Assembly (NCBI GenBank): GCA_009103225.1 | Contig: RHPI01000193.1 | Location: 349,612 to 413,611, forward strand | DNA length: 64,000 nt | Direction: 5' to 3' | From: Chlorokybus atmophyticus | Taxonomy: Eukaryota > Plantae > Mesostigma and Chlorokybus algae | Shown here: positions 50,007 to 60,680 of the stretch, in pieces | Numbering within the stretch: the stretch's first letter is position 1 | Layout: each line of letters begins with the position of its first letter | The notes under the pieces: generated by a model | What the model saw: the letters and a program-made list of their open reading frames with translations, nothing else | What the model was told of the DNA's origin: nothing | Database searches by the model: none | Program-made: the position numbers and the translations under genes

Positions 50007-50829
50007 CTAATTAGACTCTTGTCTCGATGGCGGCATTGATGAGGGCGAGGGGGTCGTCAGCTGCCATGTTGGCGATGCTGTAGTGGAGAAGAATGCTGGT
50101 GTACAGAAGTAAGCTCTGAGCCAGCGGATTATAACAAAAAGTGCCATCTGTGCCGCATTCATAAAGCATTAGCCGCTTGCATCGTGCGTAACAGCTGTCT
50201 TGTGCCGTGACAGCTCCCTTTGCCGTGCAGGTGTGCGTGTGCAAATGCGGATCCGCTGCTTGGCTCAAGGGGAATAAGGTTTGTGCATGCGTTGGGTTCA
50301 ACAAGTTGTATGCATATATGACTGCTGCAGGAGATTCACATTGTCACAATGCAGGGTTCAGAGCTAGTGACGTCATGCCCGCTCACCGCCCTCGTGCAAT
50401 GTGGATGTCTATGTGGCTGAATGTGCATGTATGCGTGCGGACACGCAGGAACACTTGCATTATCTGATTATGTACATGCACAGAGTTCTGCTCAGGCGAC
50501 AGTAGCAGGCGGCTTGTTCGACAGTGCAATGCAATGCGGGGGCGTGTATGGTAAGCACTCCAATGTGGGCAATGCTTCACGAGCTGTTACTTACACACAA
50601 GCCGCAACAATTACTTAGGTCTCTCGCAGCCAGTTATCTTTGCCACCACCTTCCGTCACCGTCACCTACAGCACTCTCTCCTCCACCGTCTCCTACCCAC
50701 CAACCTCCTCCCCCGTCCTCCACATGTCCTCTCCCGCCCCCCCTCAATGAAACACACACACACAGCCAACCAACAGTTTGCCAAAGCACTGACTTGGTAG
50801 TGATCTACACTACTTTTTGCAGATCACCT

Positions 50830-53800
50830 GGAACCTGTACATACAAGCCTTTCATGATGCGAAGTTTACGCCGATCTTGCGGATTAGGGCGTCCCTTTTG
50901 ACGGCGCTTGCGTTTGGTTCGGCTGGCCGCCGGTGCCTGCGCACATGCTACATGTCACCACTACGCAGCCATGTATGGTTGAAGCAGCATAGCCTGTCAA
51001 GAACTGTACCTGCACAAGTGCAGATGTTGTTGTAGCGCTCCTCACTTGCGTGGATATATCCTCCTGTGGTCAGTCATCATCAGCCTGAGTTGCACATGTC
51101 CGTTGGGCACAATCGCCTCAAGCACGCAGAGGTATGCTTGAAGCGGCCCAGCAAGATTCTGTACCTCGGCAAGTGCAGATGTTGTAGCGCTGCTCACTTG
51201 CGTGGATCCGTCCACCTGAGTTTGGTCATCATCAGCCTGCTTGCACACATGTACGATGCACATTTGCAGTGCATGCTTGAAGCGACTAGCATGTCAAGAA
51301 CTGTACCTGGACAAGTCCAGACGTTGTAGCGCTTCTCACTTGCGTGGATCCGTCCACCTGTGTTCGGTGCTCATCAGCCCAACTTGCACGCATGGATGAT
51401 GCACTTAATAGCAGATGGGCAGGCGCACACCTTCAACGTGCATGTTTCTGTACGGCCACACACAAAGACGCGTCTCTCCCCATTGCTGTTCACCACCACA
51501 TTGCACATATCACCTGTGTGCACGCATGCGCATATTGATGGTGTTGAAGCTGCATTTCTTACTGTTGTGCTGCTCACCTCTAGAAGTTAAAGGCTTCATA
51601 TTCCAGCAATCCCCATGCAACCACATTGAACACTTGACGCATTGGATGATGTTTTTCAGTGCACCGCACTTCTCTCGCTTGCAGTAGCAACTGATGATCC
51701 GTCCATCTTTATGCTGATACACCTGCTCCTCGCTCCACCGGAGCGCACCCACAGCTGCTAAATGCATGAATGCTGCTCGACTGTGCCATGATAGCGGGCC
51801 TGTGACACACGCTACATGAGAAGCAACCCGTTATGCAGTACTGTTAATGTTCAACACACAATGCACTTACCAAGCCTTAATGTCCCTCTGTCATGTGCAG
51901 GGTCACGTAGCTTTCTGTTTTGTGCGCGTGTAATACATGAAGTTGTCGCTACCATCGAATGACCAGTCCACTTTGGTCCTCTTGCCCACCTTCTGAACGA
52001 CGAGATCAGCTACTTGGGCGCACGCCTTCTTGAGCATCTTAATCGTCTTGTTAGAGGAGACGTCCATCTGTAAACACTTGTGTCCTTATGCGGCAGATGG
52101 CAAACACAGCAACACAAGATGATCTAATTGTCAAACATTACACTTTGGCCATATGTGATGTCCATAAAACTTGAATGATCTTCTGCACGAAAGCACTGCA
52201 GGAAGTGGCGATTGAACCTGCAAAGTAATAGTACTGTACCATGCTATGCATATGTGTAGTACGTGAACACTGGACGCACCTTGCCTCTCTGCTAAAGTGA
52301 TGCTTTTTGGTTGTAATCTGGTTGTCAAACTCATGCGAATCATGAAGAAAGTGTTTGATAATCTCAACCAATGCCGTGGCGTTCAACACTCTTTGATCGG
52401 TCTGAAAAGTTGCCTTTCGTACATCTTCCACCGAGGCCCACACTGCTGCAGGCCTATTATTGCAACATGTCAACACATGCCAACGTGGTAGTGCGTGCGC
52501 ATGTGTGTGCATGTGCGCGCGTGCGTGCGCGCGCAGTTGTTTCTCTCTGTGTGTGCGTGTGCATGCGCGCGTGTTTGTACAACAGTAATACTCACCCAAA
52601 GGTGCTGCTTATCAAATAATAGATGTCACTCACTTTTTTGCGCCCATTGCCTGCGAACAATTTCTTGTTGAACAACAACTGTGGAAGCCGTATAAGCCTG
52701 GCCGCACGTCGACATGTGCTGAACCAAGTCAACAACTTCGACTCCCACTCTCCCTGCTCAACCTGTGCACACATTCAAGTCAACTTGCATAGCAATCAGT
52801 CTCATAGTTTGCTGCTATTGTTGTCACCTGCATATCAGGTCCCCACTTGGTACACCGCTTGCGAATTGATAACGGCAAAGACACGCCTTCGCTTGCCATA
52901 GAGATTGAAATATCGTCGTAAATCTTCCAATCCGCAACATTCACTGCGTTGCAGCAGTCCAATAGGACAATAAAACCGCATGCTGCTGATGCCAACTGTA
53001 GCACCAGCGACATGCGCGAAGTTGCAAGGTGTTCTCCGTAAAAGCCACAAGGGTACTGCTCAATATCATATTAAGTATCCACAGCAGCGGCTGTACACAG
53101 TACGAACATTAGCAAGGCTCAACACACCACTGTGCATCAATTGCAGATGACAGGCATGCAATTTACCTGTCCCAAGCATAAACTGCAAAACCACAGCCAA
53201 AGTTGTCAAGACTTGACACATAAGATATACACTTTTTGCTGAAGTGTAGCAGCCAGAGAATACAACGCTGCTCTCCATCTCGAGCGGGTAACCTTAGCGC
53301 AACGGCGACGTCCGGGTGTTTCCAACGGATTTATTGTTCGCGGCCTCATACGGCTTGAAACTTCGTTCACCTGACACACCGCGCGCTTGTTACATGCAAT
53401 TTGGAGTAAACAACCCGCATGCAACATGCATACCTGCGCTGTTTGCTGGCATTTCTCTCACACAGGTCGATATGATTTGATAATGTGCGACTCAGATGAA
53501 AGCGCTCGGCATATGTTCCGCGTCATGGCTGTTGCTTCCTGTCCTTCCGGCATCCTGGCACGCACAACACGTACACCACAAGTACGTGTGGGCATGAGCT
53601 TGCCTGTACTGAAAACAATTGGACTGTACCTGTTTCTGTACAAGTTCAAAGAGTGAGCATTGCACCCACCTGCCGCTGCTGCCGCCGCAGAGTGCTGTGG
53701 TCTGTAACCCACACCTGAATAATACTTGCGCACATTAGCAACACAACTCACACAAGATACCGGTGCGCATTCACAACACACAAGCACACAACACACATTA

Positions 53801-54800
53801 CATGACAGTAGACACAAACATCGCAAGCCACAACTGCATGACCGTAGACACACAATGGTTGGGAGCTACAACTATCAGCTGTCAGTTGTCTTATTGTTGA
53901 TGAACAGCTAACGTGGAAGGAACAGGTCACAGGCTCCAGTTGTGCTGCAAGCTAGCGCTGTGCACTTCGAGCTGCTTAAGCAATAGACTTGGATAAGGCA
54001 AGTTAATTGTGTCATTGACCAACTCACACAACTACAGCAGGAAAAACAACAACACAACACACAAGCGCACCTGCAAAATTGTTGTAAGAAACAATCACAC
54101 TCTGGTCGTAAAATAAAAAAGCTTACTTGAGTCACAAGCTTCAGGTCGGCTCCAAGCTGCCGCCAGGCACTGTGCGCTCTGAGCTAGTCATGCAATACAC
54201 TGAGTGTTGTCAGAGCTTGTTGTGTCTTGGGTTCACGCAGGTATAGCAACGGCAACACAAACACGCAGACAACACAAAAGCCAATAATGCGCAGCACACA
54301 ACACAGCGCCTGCATGCTATATGGTTGATAGTGCCAATCTCACACAAGGCACAAGAACACGGCAAATTCCAACACACCGCAAATGCGCACGCGCAATTGT
54401 TGGAAGTATCCATCTACCGCTTACCTAAGTCACACAACCAAGCTCCAAGTCTCGTGCGAGCTGCCGCCAAGCACTATGCTTAATGCCCTTTTCTAAAACT
54501 AAAGTTCTTCTTCGGCGACAGGCTGAGGTGAATAGAGTTGCAGCAGCTGCAGCAACGGCGACAGCAACACAACACACCACCTGCACTTGCCTAACGGTTA
54601 CTAGAGACATGTACCAGCTGCCAAACGACCCACCTTTGAAATAGACTAGGCTCCAGGTCTCTGCTCCAAGCTGCCGCCAAGCTGGAGCCTGTAGGCAAGC
54701 TACCACGCAAGTTAGCTAACTACCACCAGCCTGGCCAGGCCACGAGCTACCGCCGCTCGCAGCACTTGCTGAGGAGCCCACCTGACTTGCAGTAAGAAGC
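50830..54800 (-). pseudogene. Decayed multi-exon gene with a C-terminal PHD finger and tandemly multiplied exons; possibly TE-derived
   Basis: SCYCKREKCGALKNIIQCVKCSMWLHGDCWNM..KKC (51692-51565) fits a PHD C4HC3 pattern. Spliceable exons such as ..KWGPDMQ|VEQGEWESKLLTWF.. and AASRTKRKRRQKGRPNPQDRRK; several in-frame stops; upstream domains not identified. Confidence 0.5.
50993..51392 (-). repeat. Three tandem units of about 150 bp, each an exon plus flanking intron (50993-51110, 51146-51250, 51291-51392)
   Basis: Repeated ctgtacct...caagt.caga.gttgtagcgct.ctcacttgcgtggat...catcagcc. The middle unit reads cag|ADDDQTQVDGSTQVSSATTSALAE|gt. Confidence 0.9.
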
Positions 54801-56089
54801 ATGCGCAAGGAGCTTCAGCTACTAGAACACCGCCACCGCCGCCGCCGCCGCCGCACGTTGCGCTAAGAATGCATGCCTTGCCCATGTTCCAGTCATGTGC
54901 TGCGCAACATGCACCGCGACCATCCGGTTCTAAACACCTGCACTGCGTCTATTTAGCCTTGGAGCGTGATTGTGTGAGGGGAAGGCTGGCATTGGCCTCC
55001 TTCCAAACAAGCGGAAGAAAACAATGCATACCGAGTGCCCCATGAGGCTGTTTCCACCGACCATGAAAAGCCAGTGCCAAGCATCGCCTCAACGATGGGC
55101 GGATGAAAGCCCGGCACCTACTTGACCAACAGGGTGTCGCTGCTTGTCAAAGCTGCGCAAGAAAACAGGAAGTGGCCAGAGTGCGTCCAGAGTTAGAGTT
55201 AGACACTGGCGGGGCAGATGATGGAGATGCCCACCTAGCTAGCCGTAAAGGCACCACCCCATGTGCTGCTCCTCTAATTACCGTTGGTTGTTATGTTGTA
55301 GCTTGACCGCACACACTCTCCTCCGTTACTCCCACGCACATGAGTAAAGATGGCTGGTGGTATCCACTGCGCGAAAGGTTGCTGGCAGCGGAACACCATC
55401 TTCTTCACAAAACTTACAATGGCGGTACATGTTTAATCTTGTATGCTCACTCCATGCGTGCCCTACTGTATTCTGGTGTGAGCGCACACATGTCCATTAT
55501 CACAGTCACAGCATTGCATATATTCTACACACGCACAGGCAATCTCTGCGACTCATTCACTTTTGTACTATGCTTCTCGGCGAGAAGTTCTCACGCACTC
55601 ACACGCGGTCGATAGATAGAGCAAGGGAGACATCGTGTGCAAACGCGCATGCACGCGCTGTCTCTATTGCTCGCTCTCGCACGCGCTAACACCTAAGGCT
55701 GTCCATGCTGTGGCGGTGTTCTCGCTGGTCATCGTGCGAGTGAATGCGGTGGACGAGCTCGCGCTGCAACTTTACACAGCTGTTGACTAGCGCAAAAGCC
55801 GTGTTGTGCAGCACCTGCGAGCCATTGAGGCATTAATGACGCTGAAGTCTGCGACAGCGCAGTTGAACGACCTCGCCATCCTACCCTACATTGACGATGG
55901 CACACTTAAAGCCACAATCAGCTTTATGTTGTGGATGGTTGTTGGCGGCACGCCATACGCCATCGCTTCGGGCTACCTGTCAGTTGATGGAAACACTATA
56001 GGCTCTGCTTATACTTGCAGCCGTCGCAAAATGTTCCCTTGCCGGCCGACTGGATATTGGCAACGGCCGTGCACCTGAGGATACTCATT

Positions 56090-56400
56090 TAGTCTATCGA
56101 CCTTCAGTCTACCGGCGATCTCGATACAGGGACCTGAGCATAACGGCCGGCACCATTGGTTGGCGGCCATTTGCATAAAGGGACTGACCCTAATTAATAG
56201 GTACCTGTCAGGTACTCAACAGTTAAGCAAAGGGTACTTGACTCAACCAACAGGTAACTGACCGGTACCTATCAGTTAGGTACCGGCGCTTGTACGCTAA
56301 CTGAGCGAAATTGTCAGGTACCTTAAGGTACCTACCGTTAATGATATGTACCTTCAAAGGTACCTGCTAGTACCGCTCAGTCATAAATGGGTGTCACACG
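56090..56400. repeat. GGTACC/AGGTAC motif array (subterminal-repeat-like)
   Basis: About 10 ggtacc/ggtact/gtacct motifs in both orientations within 310 bp; non-coding. Confidence 0.6.
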
Positions 56401-56854
56401 TGATTGTCATCATCAGCTGTGCAAGAACGCGTGCCAAATAATAAAAAACAAAAAAATGAATAAATTACAATGTAATATACTGAGCTACTACTACTACTGC
56501 TAGTACAACGAGACTACCACTACTACTACCACTACCACTACTGCTACTACTACCTTAGGTACTACTGCTAGTACTACCCTTGTACTGAGATGCGGCTCCT
56601 GCACCGCCCGCTCCAGCTCCGCCGTCGCCATTCCTTCTCCGCCGCCGCTGCCGCCGCCTGGCCTGGTCTGGCCTAGCCTGGCCTGGCCTGGCCGCCCAAA
56701 GGCAAGGAGGGTGGTTAGATGGCATGCGGTGTTGCGCGTAGTACAACTTCAGACAGCAACCAAGCTCACCTACTGTTAGCCATTGCCGCCGCCGCCGCCG
56801 CCGCCATCACCGCCGCCGCCCACAACGCTGTTATGTTAAACTTGAAGCCGTTGA

Positions 56855-56893
56855 GCGTTTGAATAACTTGGGCAGCCCAAGTTATTCAAACGC
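56855..56893. repeat. Perfect 39-bp palindrome (19+1+19)
   Basis: gcgtttgaataacttgggc a gcccaagttattcaaacgc. Confidence 0.97.
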
Positions 56894-57039
56894 GTTGTCG
56901 CAACGGCATTATCGTATTATTATAATGGTACGAAAGTACCATTGTCGCAATGGCAATATCGTATCATTGGTATGGTACGATAGTGCCATTGCCACAATGG
57001 CAGTGTTTGTACCATGACATAGTACGGCGGCTGCATTGT

Positions 57040-57575
57040 ACCAGCGTCTCGACTGGCCGGCCGGTACCACCGTCCCGACTTGCCGACCTTTAGGGACCTG
57101 CGGTCACTTGCTTATCATACTTGACACACAATAAATAGGTCGCCGCCGCGTTAAGTGCACGACCGGCGATCCGCCGTCACTTAATAAACGCGGTAAGGTC
57201 ACCTGATAGGGACTAACGGTGGCTGGCTTGCTAAAGTAGGCAGGCCGTCGCGCATACTTTTCGACGGTCAGGGTACGACCGGCGGTCGGCCGTCACTGTA
57301 TGTGACCAAAACGTGACTTATCTGCTAAACAGAAGGGTCGCCATCGCGCAAATGGGACGACCGACAATCGGCCGTCACCTTAAAGTGCGATGTTGCCGTC
57401 ACAGGCAGGTCGCCGTCGATTGTACTTATCGGTCGACCGCTTGCCGTCGGTATATGTTGCTTGGTAGAAACGGCCGTCCGAAAAAGTCCCTTTATGGAAC
57501 AATCCGTTACGTCAGGTAGGGTCAGGCAGGGTCAGGCACTCGTCAGTCCCTCAGTCCCTTGTCAGTCACCGTGTG
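57040..57575. repeat. GACCG/CGGTC/GCCGTC motif array ending in ..caccgtgtg; probable non-autonomous DNA-transposon end
   Basis: Dense gaccg, cggtc, gccgtcac and gtcag motifs. The terminus rc cacacggtg resembles the cacacgg end at 36462. Confidence 0.5.
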
Positions 57576-57688
57576 AAATTTGCGACGGCAAACACCACAA
57601 ACATAGCCACTCGCAAAGGTTCGCTTCGGGAGTATAGTAAGCAAGCGCTTTGTACACAAATGCGATGTGGGGTGGCGCATGCATACTA

Positions 57689-57727
57689 TCACTCCTTGTA
57701 TGTACTAGTAGTACATACAAGGAGTGA
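57689..57727. repeat. Perfect 39-bp palindrome (19+1+19)
   Basis: tcactccttgtatgtacta g tagtacatacaaggagtga. Confidence 0.97.
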
Positions 57728-57939
57728 CAAGCTCACTCAACATGCACGCAGCAGCCAGCAACATAGGTATGTTTCATCTATCACATCAGCTACTTCCTAC
57801 ACTACCGCTTGCACTGTGTTTGGCCAATTCGGGATGGTGGTGTGACCCAAAATCTCATGGCTTGGCAGCTGCTATAAGGTGGCAGATGCTAATGAGCGTC
57901 GTGTCTTCTAGGTGTGGCGGCGCGGCTAGCTTGTTCGAC

Positions 57940-59170
57940 TCAGACAGGCTCTAGCAGAGAACTTTCGCACGCGCCTCGCCACGTCAACGGGTACATGGCC
58001 GACGCGTTATGTCGGCAGCTGCAAATCACGACATGGCCAGGCTCAGAGGCGCACAGCAGGCGGTTTGCCGCACAGGTTGGCCTGCCGGTCGTTGCCGGCA
58101 GAGTAGGACTACGCAGCGTCACCCTGCACGCACCGACCGCTTTCCTTTGAGGATGGGCAGCGGTGGCGGCGCCACTGCGCCGACGTTTTACACAGCCGCT
58201 GTCAGACTAGTTGCTTGCGGCCATCGACGATGTAGAGGACCGGCACGTTGCCATATTAGGTGGCCATGCGGGCTGCACATGACCTGCTGCCGCCGATGGC
58301 ACGCCCCGTTTTACCGCCGTTCTCGGCATTGGCGTGCACGGCTGGAGTGAAGTTATAGGAAGACATTAGTGCCAGGATGGATGCCCACGAACTGAAGCTT
58401 TATAAGGATGGGGCGTCGACACGGACGACCAAGCACGCCGACTGTCGGCGTCGAGTATAGGGCCGAGGCGTGGCTGTTGGCGTTGCCGATTTTTTAGGTG
58501 CTTCGGATGACGCTGAATGTTTTTAGGACGGCCCTCCGCACTCTACTCGGCCTATCGTATCCAATGTTAACAAACGTGACGTGAGTGTGTCGCGTTTGTT
58601 AACACGCTTACAGCATAGCTGTGACGAAATGTTCGCCGTTGTAAAGGAGGTCGGTTATGCTGTCTTACATGAGCAAACGGGCTTTCTGCCGATACGTCCA
58701 GGTGAGATACGTGGTCGGCACGTGGACTTGATGGTGTCCGAACCAGGGCGCGACCATCGCTGGCTTTTAAACGTCACGGTGACCGCGTGTGGGGTGACGA
58801 TAAGTGCGGGAGCGCGTGATGCGGAGAACGCCAAGCGGCGCAAGTACCAGGACCACTCTCCGGTGGACAAGTTTTATCACCTAGCCATTGGGACCAATGG
58901 CACGATGGGGGCGGCGTTCGCCGAAGTGCTGAAGACATGTGCCAGGCAGGCGGTGTACACTAGGGGGCTACCGCTGCAGCGCCTCCGAGGCGGCTGAGTC
59001 AGTGGCTATGTGGCGTTGTTACGGCAACGCGTGGCGGTGGCGCTGCAACGTGCGCAAGGCCTGGCGCTGCTAGAGCGTGCGGCGGCGGCGGTAGCGGTGG
59101 TACCAGGCATGGCGGCGCTACGTACGGGCGCACTGGCGTCTGAGGCGGATGTAATCTATCAACTGCAATT
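57940..59170 (+). mobile_element. 5'-truncated CRE-clade (restriction-like endonuclease) non-LTR retrotransposon, decayed
   Basis: RT thumb QVGLPVVAGRVGLRSVTLHAPTAF; AWLLALP..FRTALRTLLGL; REL domain GYAVLHEQ..RHVDLMV..WLLNVTV..AGARDAENAKRRKY..FYHLAIGTNGTMG; terminal LRQRVAVALQRAQG. Confidence 0.8.
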
Positions 59171-60424
59171 ACGTACTCTCGTGCATATGCGTGTTGATTG
59201 AGCATGAACATTATGTGTGCATCTGGTATGTTGGGTTGCATGTGTGACATCCTTGTTCATGAACATTCGTGTGAGCAATGGTTGATGTAGTGCGAGCCCC
59301 GAATGTCTACGTACCTAGAGGTTGTGAACTTGTTGAGAGAGGAACCAGCTACAGATTTCGTCTAAGCTTTGTGTTTTGGGGGAGGGGTCGAGAAGCAGGC
59401 TGAACCGCTGGGTTCAGAATACAATCTCTCTAACTGGTGCCAAGACGCCGTGGAATAGGAACTAGCGGGGTAAGAGGGGAGGAGTGTGGAAAGTTTGGAG
59501 TAGTTTGGGGTAAAGAGAGGTGGAAAGGTCTACGGCAAACACATGGCTGAAGCCCTAGCCCTAACCCTAAGGCATAGTGAACAAGCGCAATTTTGAAGGA
59601 GGCGTGCGGCAGAGGATCAGGCAGAAGGCAGGCCCGCTCTCACCCGAGATGGTAAGGGGACGTACCGTCTCAAAGGCGATCACAAGCTACGCCTGAGCCT
59701 TCTCCCCCCTCCGCCGCCGTCGTCGCTGAGTTATTGCACTGCAAGAGAGCTACTGAGTTAGAGCTGTCCTCGAATTACCATAGGCCGTGTATGGCCGAGC
59801 TGAGATACGACTCTTAGGCGTACTTGTTGGGTAGGTTCTGCAACCCGTTACATCATGCGTCCATCGGATGCCGAAACCCTAACAGGCATGCCGCTCGCCA
59901 CATCGTGGTGACTGTGGTTGGCGGTAAGGCCACGAGGGGAAGCAGGCGAGCGGGCGGGTGGGCGGGCGATAGGCGGCGGGCTTGCTTACGTGGAGCATCC
60001 AGGCAGACAGTGTTGCTGGTACTTAGTGGTTGGCATTGAGAGAGCCTGGTGTGTTGGGCCGCTCCCGTCAGGTGGGCTAGGCTCCCGGGCAGGCTTGCCC
60101 TGCGCCTCCTCAAGCTTCCTGTGTAAGGATAGATAGCCAGCCGCAGCGGTGTGGAGAGACGACCGGTCATGATTGTGACGAGGCGGCATGTTGCCTCCTA
60201 CGGAGGTCACGCATACTCACCGCTCGTGGAATGGCCGTCGTCCACAACAAGCATAGACCCTCCGACAGTCAAGGGTGAGCAACAGCGGCCCGCATCTTCA
60301 TCCGGCTGCGTCCACGGCCTGGACGACCTGCTGAATCCTCCTCGTGTCGTCTATGGCAGCGGCGCAGGTGCGTCGTCGTTGCTCAATGCAGTCAGTCCGT
60401 CAACCCAGTAAGCAGGCCGGCATT

Positions 60425-60680
60425 AATAGCACTTGTCAAGCTTTGTCACGCTGCCACTAGCCATGTTGTTGCCCAATTGCTGCTCACAATTAGCTGTGCA
60501 TGTTTTCCAAACACACAGTGGAATGCGACGTCTGGTTTAGAAACTACTGCACCCCAGTAATAGCACTTGTCAAGCTTCGCCACGCTGCCACTAGCCATGT
60601 TGTTGCCCAATTGCTTCTCACAGCTGGCTGTGCATGTTTACCAAATACACAGTGGAGTGCGACGTCTGGTTTAGACTCTA
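60425..60680 (+). repeat. Tandem duplication of about 125 bp (60425-60547, 60558-60680)
   Basis: taatagcacttgtcaagctt..cacgctgccactagccatgttgttgcccaattgc...gcgacgtctggtttaga occurs twice; both copies encode (S/T)K.TVECDVWFR. Confidence 0.92.

Noticed and set aside
50993-51392. Hammerhead ribozymes (CTGATGA on the minus strand in each unit)
   Set aside because: No GAAA core or closing stems; the CTGATGA is simply codons for Ala-Asp-Asp/Glu in the repeated exon.
59500-59900. Telomerase RNA gene around CTAACCCTAA
   Set aside because: No plant-type USE/TATA promoter or oligo-T terminator at suitable positions; TE context is more parsimonious.
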